Source: Ginglymostoma cirratum (lineage: Eukaryota). Taken from it: 64,000 bases of DNA. Below, one piece after another: positions 49,315-61,791 of this stretch. The stretch spans positions 34,115,905 to 34,179,904 of the forward strand of contig JAHRHZ010000133.1 in the NCBI GenBank assembly GCA_024137785.1. The letters run 5' to 3'. How positions within the stretch are numbered: position 1 is the first letter of the stretch; each line of letters starts with the position of its first letter. Below the pieces are notes generated by a model. The model saw only the letters and a list, made by a program, of their open reading frames with translations, searched no databases and was not told where the DNA came from. The position numbers and the translations under genes are program-made.

Positions 49315-50099
49315 TTCTTTGGCATCACATGCTGTTTACTGCAAGTTAGCTGCAAGGAAACTGCCTAGGACAATGTCCAGGGCAGCTGGAGCCAATGTCA
49401 GTTTGATGGCTAAAAGCGTGGACTCCGCATCTGATGGACACTAGGTCACTGAAGGGCAAATAGGTGGGCTTGCAAACTCCAGCTATCTTCAATTTGCAAT
49501 GTGACAACATCCATTTGCAATGCATGCAGAATTCATGTACATAGGTCAAAATGTTAGTCAAAAGCAATTTGCACTATTCATTCAGTGCTTGCAAATTGAA
49601 CATGGGCATCTCAATGGTGTAGAAGTTAGTGGCAAAGATGTAAAAAGAGGTGAGTGCTGACCAGACGTGAACCATAACTCGTGTCACTTGAAAACATTCT
49701 GAAGGAGGCAGGGATGATCATTCCATCATCTGTCAAGCAAGCATTACAATGGACTTTACAGAATGCATTGAAAGACTGATGTGGGTCCGGGTTCAAAATC
49801 CAGTAGGCGGTCCCTTTTTGATGTAATGTGTTGGCTACTCAGCTGCCACAGCACCTTCACCAAGTTGGTGCACATGCTGTGGCTTAAGCTGAATGAATGA
49901 TGGAGTCATGACTTTCGTCATTGGGCTGCTGTAGTGCTGTGTGGCCCATTGTATGAAGAGGTGTGTGCAGTCTTCATCTGCAGCGTATATCACAACTGAA
50001 TGTTCTCAGGCTAGGAACTGTTTTGATCCATATATTCCCAACATTGGTCTTTGACAGCAACAGGCATGTGCCAAGCCGCTGGTGAGATGTCGGCCACTG

Positions 50100-50770
50100 T
50101 AGCTGGGATTCCATAAAGGTGAAGGATGATGTCAGAGGAGAGGGACTGATAACAAGCCCAGGAGCAGCAGCAGGCCCCTGTGAAAGCCAGAGGGCACCCA
50201 TCTCAGAAAGAGGTCACTGATGCAGTGTCCCTCAGGATATGTGGGCTCTGTAGGGGTCAGAGAGGTTTTTAGAAATGACTCAATTTCCTGGGGATGAGCA
50301 AGGTGCAGTGTAGTAGAACGATACTGGCTGCTAGAGCAGGACCTGAGTGCCAGGGAAGTGAGAAACCATCTGTTCATGGTTGCAGTGAAGGTGACAGCTG
50401 CTTTAAACTTCAATTTGATTGGTTACTTTTAGGGATTGACAGGTGACCTGTGTGGGATCTCTCAGTTGTCTAATCTCAAATGCATCAGCACAGTGACAGA
50501 TAATACCATTCATTCCATTTGCTGATGGTGAGATCAGTGTTGCAGGCTGCACAGTAGGATTCAGGAACATAGCTGATATCCGTTAGGTACAGAGTGCCAT
50601 CAACTGCACACGTGTGGCATTGAGAGGGCCTTATTCACAACACTGTGGAATTCATCAACAGGAAGGGATTCCATTACATTAATGTTCACCGTCTCTGATC
50701 ACTGTTACCACTTCCTGGAGGTATGTGCTCACTACCTTGGCAGCTGCCATGGCTCATACATACTGAATCC
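50100..50770 (+). pseudogene. PIF/Harbinger DDE transposase remnant (HARBI1-like), inactivated
   Basis: Manual translation: 'LNFLGMSKVQCSR', 'VAVKVTAALNFNLIGYF*GLTGDLCGISQ...CISTVTD' (from 50379), 'GFRNIADIR*VQSAINCTRVALRGP', 'EFINRKGFHYINV', 'FLEVCAHYLGSCHGSYIL'. These match Harbinger motifs GAIDCTH, NRKG and PGS.HD with the catalytic Asp residues substituted. Confidence 0.85.
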
Positions 50771-50799
50771 TTTTAAAGATGGTGTAAGTGCTAGGGATT

Positions 50800-51040
50800 C
50801 TGGTCTTTCAGAAAGTTAGAAGAGTTTTAACACTTTCAGAGGATTAGAGTGTGTAATTTAAATCATAATTTTAAGCAGGATGGTTTATAATGAGTGAAAA
50901 CACTGATATTAATTTCAGAAAGTGTGAAACGTAGCAGAGTCCACGAAAAGATCCTCGCTGATCTTATTGAATGGTGAAGCAGGCTCAATGGGCCAGATGA
51001 CCCACTCCTACTCCTATTTCTTGTGTTTTTATGTTCTTAA
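50800..51040 (+). mobile_element. CR1 3' tail fragment
   Basis: 'gatcttattgaatggtgaagcaggctcaatgggccagatgacccactcctactcctatttcttgtgtttttatgttctta'. Confidence 0.7.
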
Positions 51041-51269
51041 AGGGACATGTGTTGTGTTTTGGGCATTGAATTGGTGGTCAGCGGGGGAAGGTAAACATTC
51101 TCTTTACCTGTGAAGAGGCAGGAAATCCCCAGGTTTGCTGGAAAATGGTTAAAACTCCAAAAGGTGCAAACCAATTTTCTGATTGCTTAACAACATGAGA
51201 AAAGCTTAGTAAACAGTAAAGATGCACTCTTGCTATTTAACAGAATTGAAACATTTTTTGGAAGAATAT

Positions 51270-51748
51270 TTGTTTTATTCAATCGTGGGATGTGGGCTTC
51301 ACTGCTAGGTTTATCAGGTTTATTACCTGTCTCTAGATTCCCTTGGGAAAGTGGTAGTGAGCTGCCTTCTTGAACCGCAGCAGTTCATTTTATGTGAGCA
51401 CACACATAATGATATTAGGAAGGGAGTTCCAGGATTTTGAGCCAGTGATCACAAAGAAATGGCAATGTATTTCCAAGTCAAGATGGCAAGTAGCTTGGAG
51501 GAGGATCTTGTAGGCTGTGGTGTTCCAATGTATCTACTGTCCTTGATCTAGATGGTCATGAATGTGACTTTGGATGAGGCTGTCAAAGGAGCCAAGGTAA
51601 ATTTCTGCAGTGCATCTCCTTGATGATATACACTGCTACTGCTGAGCATTGGTGGTGTAAGGTGTGGATGTGGTGCCAATCAAATGGGCTGCTTTGTCCT
51701 GGATGGTGTCAAGCTTCTTGACTGTTGCTAGAGCAACACTCATCAATG
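51270..51748 (-). mobile_element. LINE 3' end (CR1/L2 group), same family as 19915-20270
   Basis: 'gggatgtgggcttcactg...gagctgccttcttgaaccgcagcag...agggagttccaggattttga...ttccaagtcaagatgg'; minus strand encodes a 'GSKSWNSLPN' type C-terminus. Confidence 0.8.
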
Positions 51749-52214
51749 TCACACAATATTGATGGAGAACAGAGTTTAAAAAGCTTGCAGACAAAGAGAA
51801 TACAGTAACATTACCACAATACAGATTTTAAAAGCTTTATTGGAAGAATTTTGCACAGTTTGGCCATGATACAGACTTTACAAGCTTGTAAAGAACATTG
51901 GTACATTACACAAGTGTTCAGAATTGAATACAAAATAATTACAACAGTGTAATTTTGACACTTGGTTGAAGTTTATTTCTTGCATTCAATAGGAAAGTGA
52001 TAGGAATAGCAAGGTAAATTTGAATAGCATTTCATACTGTATGAGGAGAGCACGCTGATTCTTGGTGGGTGCACTTTCATTAGGAGGGGTGTTGCCATAG
52101 AAAATGTACCTGTTATATGATAATTGACAGTTAAGTGTGTGGCTTCTTCAAATTTAAATCAAGTAGTTTGATTCTGATTAGTCAATACATGATATGAGGA
52201 ATGAATCAGAGAAG

Positions 52215-54190
52215 CAAAGAACGAAGAACAGTACAGCACAGGAACAGGCTCTTTGGCCAACCAAGCCTGTACCAACACATAACACCTTTCTAAACCAAAA
52301 ACGTTTCACCTTTATGCAATCTGTATTCTTCTATTCCTTGTCTTTCCATGTATCTGCTAGGATGCCTGTGAAGTGTTGTTATTGTATCTGCCTTTTCCAC
52401 CTCCTCTGTTAGTCTATTCCAGGCACTTACCACCCTTTCTGTAAAAAAACTTGCCTCTACATCTCCTTTAAATTTTCCTCCTTTTACCTTAGACCTATGT
52501 CCCCTAGTAGTTGGCATTTCTACTCTGGGAAAAAGATTCCAACTGTCCATCGCCTCTCATAATTCTGTAAACTTCTATCAAGTCAAACCTCACCCTTCGA
52601 TGTTCAAGTGTAAACAAACCAGGTTTGTCCAATCAATTGTCATAGTTAAAACCCCTCACTAGGTCCAAAGCCTCCACATCCTTTTGATAGTGTGGCAGCC
52701 AGAACACAAATTCCAAATGTGGCCTAAGGTTCAATACAGATGCAACATGACTTGACAATTTTTATACTCTATGCGAATACCATTGAAGCATGCTATTCAC
52801 ATTCTTGACCCCCTTTTTACATGTGTTGCCACTTTCAGGGGACTGTGAGCCTGGCCGCCTATATCCTCTGTATATTAATGCTTCTAAGAGCTCTGCCATT
52901 TGTTGTGTACTTCTCTCCTACATTAGATCTTCCAAAATAGATAACCCTCAATTTGTCCAGATTAAATTCTATCCAACATTTCTCCACCCAAGTTTCCAAC
53001 ATATCTATATCCTGCTGCATTCTCTGCCTATCCTCTTCACTATCCACAGCTCCCCCACCCTTTACGTTGTTTGCAAACTTACCAATCAGACTACCTACTT
53101 TCTTTTATATATATTACAAACAACAGATGGCTCAACATTGAACTCTGCAGACCACCACTGGGTCACAGATCTCCAGTCAGAAAAACAGCCTTCCACCATG
53201 ACTCTGTCTTCTATGAGCAGGTCAGTTCTGTATTCATTGTACCAGTTTACCACGGATCCCATATGACTGCATATTCTATAACACCCTGTCATGAGGCACT
53301 TGGCAAAAGCCTTGCAAACATCTATGTCGACAACATCCACCACCCTCCCTTCATCAATCATCTTTGTCACTTCCTTAAAAGACTTAATCAAGTTTGTGAG
53401 ACATGATCTCCCCCCTCCACAAAACCATGCTGCCTGTCACTAATAAGTCCATATTTTTCAAAATATGAATAAATCCTGTCCCAAAGAATATTCTCCAATA
53501 ATTTCCCTACCTCTGAAGTAAGCTTCACCGGCCTGTAATTTCCCAGATTAGCCTTGTTGCTCTTATTAAACCAGGAACAATGTTGACTATTCTCTAGTCC
53601 TCTGGGAGCTCCTCTTGTGACTAAAAAGGTTATAAAGATTTTGTACAAGGTCCTGCAATTTCTTCCCTTATTTGTCTCAGTCTTCTGGGATAGATCCCAT
53701 CAAATCCTGGGACTTAAGACACCTAACACCTTTTTTTATATCAACATGCCCTAGAATATCAACATACTCCTCACTAGATTCACCATTCATCATGTCCTTC
53801 TCCTTTGTAAGTACCGATGCAAAGTATTTGTTAAGAACGTCATCTACTCCCTCTGGTTCCACACAAAATTTCCTTCCTTTGTCCTTGAGAGGACCTACCC
53901 TTTCCCTAGCTACCCTCTTGCTCCTCATGTACGTAGAATATGCCTTGGGGTTTTCGTTAATCCTGTTTACCAAGGACTTTTCATGGCCTCTTTTAGCCGT
54001 CTTAGTTCTTTGTTTAAGTACTCCTCTGCTTTCTTTATATTCTTTGAGGGCTCTGTTTTCCAAACATTATATGTGCCTCCTTACACTTTTTGGCTAAGCT
54101 CACAATTTCTCTTGTCTTCCAAGTTTCCCGAATCATACAATCCTTATCCTTTATTTTCACAGCAACTTACTGGTCCTGAACTGTAATTGA
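52215..54190 (-). mobile_element. 5'-truncated CR1-clade LINE, frameshifted
   Basis: Minus ORFs 'KRGHEKSLVNRINENPKAYSTYMRSKRVARERVGPLKD', 'NYRPVKLTSEVGKLLENIL...QHGFV', 'EVTKMIDEGRVVDVV', 'FFTERVVSAWNRL'; tail aaagaac repeats at ~52216. Confidence 0.92.
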
Positions 54191-54205
54191 GTAGAGTTAA
54201 TTACT

Positions 54206-54876
54206 GAGATAACAAGGTGTGGAGCTGGATGAACACAGCTGGCCAAGCAGCATCATAGGAGCAGGAAAGCTTGACGTTTCGGGCCTAAACCCTTCATCAG
54301 AAATGGGGGAGGGGAAGAGGGTTCTGAAATAAATAGGGAGAGAGGGGGAGGCGGATAGAGGATGGATAGAGGAGAGAATAGGTGGAGAGGAGGCAGACAA
54401 GTCGAAGAGGCGGGGATGGAGCCAGTAAAGGTGAGTGTAGGTAGGGGGGTAGGGAGGAGATAGGTCAGTCCAGGGAGGACGGACAGGTCATGGGGGCGGG
54501 ATGATGTTAGTAGATAGGAGATGGGGGTGTGGCTTGGGGTGAGAGGAGAAACAGGTTAGGGAGGTGGAGATGAGCTGGGCTGGTTTTGGGATGCGGTTGG
54601 GGGAGGGGAGATTTTGAAGCTTGTGAAATCCACATTGATGCCGTTGGGCTGCAGGGTTCCCAGGCTGAATATGATTTGCTGTTCCTGCAGCCTTCGGGTG
54701 GCATCACTGTGGCATTGTAGGAGGCCAAGGATGGACATGTCATCTGAGGAATGGGAAGGGGAGTTGAAATGGTTCGCGACTGGGAGGTGCAGTTGTTTGT
54801 TGCGAACTGAGCGCAGGTGTTCTGCAAAGCGGTCCCCAAGCCTCCGCTTGGTTTCCCCGATGTAGAGGAAGCCACA
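54206..54876 (-). mobile_element. 3' part of a Penelope-like element: GIY-YIG endonuclease C-terminus plus pseudo-LTR
   Basis: Minus strand from 54876 translates CGFLYIGETKRRLGDRFAEHLRSVRNKQLHLPVANHFNSPSHSSDDMSILGLLQCHSDATRRLQEQQIIFSLGTLQPNGINVD (YIG, catalytic R/E and G.N motifs), open to the stop at 54556. Confidence 0.92.
54273..54300 (-). ncRNA. Minimal type I hammerhead ribozyme motif in the Penelope pseudo-LTR
   Basis: Minus strand UUU-CUGAUGA-A-GGGU UUAG GCCC-GAAA-CG-UC-AAG; same strand as the GIY-YIG ORF. Confidence 0.75.
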
Positions 54877-54899
54877 TGTTTAACAGCAGCGGGAGCTTT

Positions 54900-55760
54900 C
54901 TTAAGGAGATGTTTACTCCACAGCAATGTTAGACCACCCAAAACACTGTTGATATAATCATTACGTCACATGTTTGGACTCTTAAAGTGACAGTCTACCA
55001 TACTCACCAAATACAAAATATCCCTCCCACTTTGCATCAGAAATTTCTGCGATGAAGACATTCACAGTATTTGAAATCCATATACAATAAGTAAGATGTA
55101 TGGAGGACATCGAATCTTGTGTGGCTGTTAGCACAACTCAGGTTGTTTATTTTGCTTGCTGGTATTAACCATTGGTGTTTTAGGTGTACTATGATCATCT
55201 GCAGTTATTGTTTCTCAGCTGAATGCTTGGAGGTTTGCATAATGCGCTGGTATTCTCCACTAAGGTACTATTTCCCTCAGATTCTCCAGTTATTGTTTTG
55301 TGCTCGAGTATATCTGGGTCTTTATTTGGTACAGTTATTTGTGGATTTTGAAGTAATGCTGTCTCAATTCATTAATTGTCGATTGATTTGATCTGGTTGT
55401 GAATAGATGATCAGCACATCTCACATATTATATTGTTTCTTGTCAGTATGGTGCAGGAGACCGGTCCAGGCTGTGCTACAATGATGATTGAGACCCATAA
55501 TTCATCAGCAGTGTAATTCTTCACCAACACTTCTTGACCTTTTTGGAAATAGCCGTGGTTGGCCTTGTTCTCTTGTTGGAAAACCTTATTCAGTTGTTTC
55601 CTGTCAATAACATCTTTTGTCGTGGGTTGTTTCAACAAATTAAATATTGTGTGCCATTGACATTTTACAATGAGCAATGCTGGAAAGCTTTGGGTCGTTG
55701 AGTGGGTTGTGTTCTGATATGTTCACAAATATTGGCTCAATCTTTTGGATAGTGATATTT
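54900..55760 (-). mobile_element. Gypsy-type LTR retrotransposon remnant (integrase C-terminus, PPT, start of 3' LTR)
   Basis: 'TYQNTTHSTT..FPALL' (~55675-55722) and ORF 55411-55677 'FQKGQEVLVKNY...W...IVAQPGPVSCTI'; polypurine tract aaagtgggaggga on the minus strand at 55021-55033. Confidence 0.7.
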
Positions 55761-55794
55761 GCTCTCGAATTACTTTTAAGGAATTATTTTTCCC

Positions 55795-56154
55795 TTTATT
55801 CATTAACAGGATGAGGGCGTTGCTGGCTCAGCAGCATTTATTGCCCATCCCTATTTGCCCAGACGGCAGCTCAGAGTCAACCACATTCCTGTGGGTCTGG
55901 AGTCACATGTTGGACAGACCAGGTGAGGAAGACCGTTTCCTTCCCTAAAGGACATTAGTGAACCACAAGGGTTTTTCCCAGACAATTGACAATGGATTTG
56001 TGGTCATCATTAGATTCTTACTTCCAGATATTTTTTATTGAATTCAAATTCCACCACCTGCCATGGTGGAATTTGAACCTAGGTCTCCAAAACGTTATCT
56101 GCGTCTCTGGATCAATAGTCGAGTGATAATACCGCTAGGCCATCACCTCCCCCC
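55795..56154 (-). mobile_element. tRNA-derived SINE, best-preserved copy of the 10200/18180 family
   Basis: Minus strand ggggaggtgatggcctagcggtattatcactcgac (A box) ... ggttcaaattccaccatggcagg (B box) ... tail ending tgaataaa. Confidence 0.85.
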
Positions 56155-56744
56155 TATTTCATTGTCCCAACAAACCTTTTAGCCAAACATTTGTGACTTG
56201 GTGATAAGGAGGTTCTGTGGTTATATCTGCGCTGGGTGTCTTTGGAGAGCAAGAAATGGTTTCTACTAGTATGCTCCCTTCCACAACAGGTGGGTGCTGT
56301 GGGGCTGGGTTGCACTATCACCTCACAAAACTAAATGTTGATTTGAACGTGGTAAGAACCTTTTGCATGTGATTTTCAGTACAGTGCCCAGTTGAGATGG
56401 TTTAGCTTGATTTTGTTTGATTTACCTATTTTAAAAGAGCAGAAAGGAGAATTGGTGGCAGCAAATATAACTTAACCACCCAGGTCCCATATGACAATGG
56501 GAAGATGGTATTCTCACATTGTCACTAACTTATTTGGGCCACTATTTGGTGGCACCTGCAGTGGACAGCTGTGGCTTCTGGTTGACCAGCAGCTCTCAGG
56601 GTTTGAGGGGGTGAAGTTCCTTGGACCTGTGCAAGATCTGTCACTGGCTACAGAACTGCCAGATTAGCACTTAATACAGTGACCCTTCTCCATTGAAGCC
56701 AATACTGGGCTTTCTCCAGCTCTTCCACTAGCAGGGAGCTCATA

Positions 56745-57065
56745 GTTTAGATTAGAAGAAACTATTTCCAATGGTTGGTGGTTTAGAAGCAGGGGCGTAG
56801 TCACAAAATTAGAGCCACGTCATTCAGGGGTGACATTTGGAAACACTTTTACACACAAAGGGGTGTCAAAGGTTTGGAATTTCTCTTTTTGTTATTCCAC
56901 CAATTGTTTATTGTAAATTTTATTCATAGAGTTTTGTTAAGAAAGGTATTAATAGATACAGGGCAAAAGCTTATGGTTGCAGATCAGCCATGATCTCATT
57001 GACTGGTGGAGCAGGTTCAAAGAACTAAATTACCTGACCTTGTTCGGATATTCTTGTGTTCCTAT
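56745..57065 (+). mobile_element. CR1 3' fragment
   Basis: 'KLFPMVGGLEAG.....KIRA..FRGDI.KHFYTQR' remnants and CR1 UTR 'agatcagccatgatctcattgactggtggagcagg'. Confidence 0.75.
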
Positions 57066-58064
57066 ATTCATTGGATCAATTCAACAGTATTGTCATGAGG
57101 TGCCCACCATATCCATAGTGGGAAGAATGGGCTCTACTCCCTGCTTGATGCCCTGTGCCAAGGTGAAACCAGTCTGTCTGATAGGTCTATTAATGTACCA
57201 CGTTTCTCAATGAGCATCTTCATCAAGGTCTACTTGTACTCCATCCCAACAGAATTCTCAGCTGAATTGCCATTAGCTGAACTAGAGGTGACCTCACCTT
57301 AAGGCTGTCCTATACTTGCCCCAGCTGAAGACCACACAAATCTAGGCATTTACCATGCATACTCCAATGCGAAATTAATCTCTAATACTCACATTTGGCC
57401 AGAATCTAACCTGAAACATGCAAGTATTAGTTGAGTGGCAGTTCTTCTTAGAGCTCTTTTCTTCCTGTCCTACTTTCATGTGTTTCTGCTGAAGCTGAAT
57501 AGCTGGCTGTCCTTGGTCATCTGAAAAAAAAAAATGCAAGCGCATAACAGGAGGCTAGAGAATAACAGAAGGGCCTGGGGAGGAAATCAGAACATTCACG
57601 GCTGTTCCAATTGCAGTTTCCAATTCATAGCAGCTTTCACAAGCAGAGTGAGGAGTATGTGCAGAAAGTGTGCAACACAACAACTGACTCATCCAGGATA
57701 GCCTCACCATCACTAACTCTGTAACACTGCTTCCTCCAAGAACTGCTGGGCAATTTCCTCCATGGCAGTGGGGCAATGCATTCAACCTGGTTGGTTCACC
57801 TTCTCTTTCAAGATGCATAGAAGGTTGTCAGGGACTATGTGTCAGTGTGTTTAGGTGATGCATGTGATACCTGAAAATTGGAGGAATTTTAAGACAGCCA
57901 GAAGTCTAGTATGCTTTAAAGGTGTGTGTCACTGAGCTGTGGTGTAAGTGTTTTACGGGCAAGTCCTGAGTGTGAAGATATCCTATTGGGTGAGTGATGG
58001 AGGTGTGGGTGTACTGACCAGTATGAGAGTGGGTACTGTGGTGTGATGTTCTGGCATATTTACT

Positions 58065-58277
58065 TATCTTGACCACTAGATCAGGCCATTAACCATTTTG
58101 GGGCACTGCTGTCAGGTTTGCGAGACCACACCCTGGGAACTTCCTGCCTTTGTCACATATCAGTGTTCTCTGGGTTACTTGAGAGTGTTCTTTGTTGACC
58201 TCATTTCTAGCTTCCACAGTTTGAGTCCAAGTCAGTGTTGCAAGTCTAGGAGTTATTTCCTCCCCCTGGGGTTTCAT
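58065..58277 (-). pseudogene. Harbinger-type Myb/SANT-like ORF1 exon remnant
   Basis: Starts MKPQGEEITPR; after frameshifts reads 'VVSQT*QQCPKMVNGL', matching the third-helix motif 'RTW.QCRKKFNDL'. Confidence 0.5.
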
Positions 58278-60269
58278 GGCTCCTTTTCAGTGGCCAAAAG
58301 CAGTGTAGCCTGCAGTGTAGTACTGAAATTTTCCTTTTATAGGGACTATGCCTTTAAACAGTGAAGGATACCTGAAACATGGAAAGGAAGTCTATAATGT
58401 GGATTAGGAGCTGCACCTCTTCTTGTTACGGTCCTGAAAACGAAGTGGATCAGCAAATTTGCCCATTCCATTTCCAAATGGCACAAAATCACTTTAAAAT
58501 ATGAACCCCGTGCCTAAAAATTAGGATGAATGAATTTTGACCCCAAAGAAATTTCAGGTATTCAAATTCTCCCCCTAATACCATCCCACCTCATGCTGAC
58601 ATCCTCACAGCCCGGAAAGAAATGAAAGAACTAGCAAGGTTTAGTTAAATGGGTTTCATTGCAAGCTATGACCGCGGGGGTACTGTGCATGAATGAACCA
58701 CACAAACAATTCCTCTATTTGCAAACAAATTAGGGATAGGACTTTTGGTAGGTAGTAACTTTGGCTTTTGCAGTACTACTGATGCATTAATTAAGCAATT
58801 AATACATTACTATTAACATAACCACTTCCCCCATAGTAAACCTTCAGGAATTTTTAAATTGAAAATGATTGTGATTACATACAAAAGCCAAGTAATCAAA
58901 AATATTTCTCTTATCTACCTCTTGCATCTCTTCAAAATGCTGGCAGTCATAGCTTGCACTGTAGTTGAAGGCTGATCAAAGATAATTTATGCAAATAATG
59001 TAAACAGCGTGGAACATCAGTTGTAAACAGCTTGAGCTGTGCTGAGGTATTGAACTGTGTTTCAACCAATTACTTAAGGAAATGAAAGATCATTTACACG
59101 AGCACTTTTGTCAAACAAGTTACTATTAAGAATGAAGAAGCTGTGCCTGAAAGACTAAGATTGAAAATGCAACAAGGACTAAAGAGTAGTTACCTGTGTT
59201 GGAGGTGATCAAAATAGGAGCCTTGCTGGTTTATTACTGACCAACTTTTTTTAATCCCTCATTTAATCCCCACAAACTAAAGTAAGGCCCTAGAAAACTG
59301 ACCACCAGTAAACATTGACACAATACCTATATATTGCTGCTTGTATCTGAAGAGGAGAATACAAATGGTGCAAGCCGTTTAAAGTGGCTTAGTAAGTATT
59401 TTGCAGCATCATTTTATGAAAATAAAAATATTGTGGGCCATTCAAGAAAAAAAAATAGCTTAAATAAAAATGATCAATGCTTGTTAAACTCAGTGTGATT
59501 TTCTGTTGAAGGAATGCGATAACACAATGGATAAAGCACAGCTTATTGATGCCATTTTTGACAGTATAAAAGGCTGTTTTGCTCTTAGAGAAAAAAAACT
59601 AAACATACCAGAGCAGCTCAACTTAAAATTCTTTACAGCTTTGCCTTACCAAATATAACACGTAACATAAACAAGTCTAGATTTAATACAGTGTCCAGGT
59701 GTAAAAGGGTCAGAGATCAAGGGGAACACAGTCCCTGGGAAGAGGAAGTCATTTGGGTTGGACAGGTAGACAGATGAGGAAAGGGCAAAAGAAAAGAAAG
59801 AAAAAGGCAGCAAATAAATACACAAAAGGAGAATTCGGGGAAACTGATAGGACAGGTGTGGAGAGAGTGGATTACGAAGAGGGAATAAAAACATGGGAGG
59901 GAGAGTGGGAGGAAATAATAAATTGTAACTTTCTATCCTTGACAGTTTACTCCCCAGTTAGAACACAAGATGTACAAGAAATAAGGAGATAATACTAAAG
60001 TCTGGATTGAAAACTGATGATTTACAAATGCTAGCAATAAACTGTTATAACATTATAAAAATATATGCAAATCATCAGGCAGCAAAGCATTATCTTTTCT
60101 CAGTTTTGCCCATCAGCAGTTGATCAAATTGTCCGGCTAAAATGCCAAATCATTCTTGACAAAGGCTCTTAAATACTTTTACAAAGTGGGCAAAATACTT
60201 CATCAACATTTTCATGCTTCAAAATACGCTAAAGAAAATTCATCTAATAAGGCAGTCAATTCTTTGTTC

Positions 60270-61416
60270 GGCCAATCAGACACATTTGATAAGGGTCCAC
60301 AAAGGCAAGATAAGGACTAATGGAGTGAGGTGTAATATATCATTGTGGATAGAGGGTTGATTAATGGACAGCAAGCAATCAATAATTATAAAATGGGCAT
60401 TTTCAAGTTGTCAGACCAGAAGTGAGATGTGTTGTGAGAAGTGTTAGGACCTCAGCTATTTACAATCTTTATTAATTACTTAGATAAAGATAGAACAATA
60501 TATTGAAGTTAGATGACAATAGAAAGTTAGGTGCGAATGTAAGCAGCGAGAAGACCTAAAAGCTACAAAGTGATGCAGACAGTTTAACGAGTGTGATTCA
60601 AGATATCAGATGGGGTATAATGTAAGGAAGCATTAGGAGGTAAGGATAGAAAAAGAGAATTTTTTTAAAGACATAAACTTGTAAAGATCAGTGTTCAAAG
60701 GGACTTTGGTACATTTATAGAAAGAACAGAGAAAATTACCATTCAGGTACAAATAAGCAATCAGAAGGCAAATGGCCTGCTGGCCTTTACTGAAAGGGAT
60801 CAGTATGTAGAGAAGTTTTGCTACAAAAGTTTGGGGCTTTGATGGGACTGCGTAAGAATACTGTGCACTGTTGTGTATAGTGTACTTGTCTGGTCTCCAT
60901 GTTTGACAAAGGATACACTTGCATTTGAGACAATATAGTGAAGGTTCACCAAATTAGTTTCTTAGGTGAGAGTATTGTCCTGATAATGCCAGAGCAAACT
61001 GAATCTAAATTCTCTGGAGGTTAGCAGGTTAAGTGGTACCTCATTGAAACATATAAGATTATGAATGGATTAGCAGGCACTGAGAGACTGTTTTCCCATG
61101 CTGGGGAATCTACAGCATAGGAGCACAGTGTCATTTTAAGGGACCAATCACCTAGGATTAAAATGAGGAGATGTTTCTTTACTTACATAATGGTGAAACT
61201 TTGAAATTTGATACTTCTAAATCCTGTAGGGTTATGCCTGCACCATCATTGAATATATTTTAGATTGAGATAGATAGTATTTTGGCCTCCCATGGAAATA
61301 AGAGGTATTGGCAGTCAGTGGGAAGTGGAGGTTAAGCTGAAGATTAGTCATCATCACACTGAAAGGCAGCAGAGGCTTGATAGATTTACTCCTGGTCTGA
61401 TTTCTTATGATCTTAG
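60270..61416 (+). mobile_element. Old CR1-clade LINE RT-to-tail fragment
   Basis: Remnants 'FDK.P', 'VLGPQLFTIFIN.LD', 'DDNRKLG', 'LIETYKIMNGL'; tail 'tttcttatgatctta'. Confidence 0.8.
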
Positions 61417-61791
61417 AAGCACTTAAATTACTGATTTCTCGTTACTTTGTGAACTCATGAAAGAGATTATCTGAGAAGGAAAATACATTTCTTTTGAGAG
61501 GTAGTTTCTCTGTATTTCAAAAGAAGACAATTTTCTGACATCATCGATCAATATCAATATGTGTCAGTTTGAGTCAGTTTCTGTTACATTCAAGAGATTT
61601 TTATTTAAACTTGTTCAGTCAAGTTGATTTTGTGGTACCTGACACCACATCTCCATTTTGTTGAATATGTTTATTATTTATTGGTGTCAACATGAATTTA
61701 CAAATTTTGATCTTTTTGCTAAGTATTTTACAATCAACTTGTTCAGAGACATTATTACACACCTCTGGAGCAGGTAGGACTTGAATCCGGG

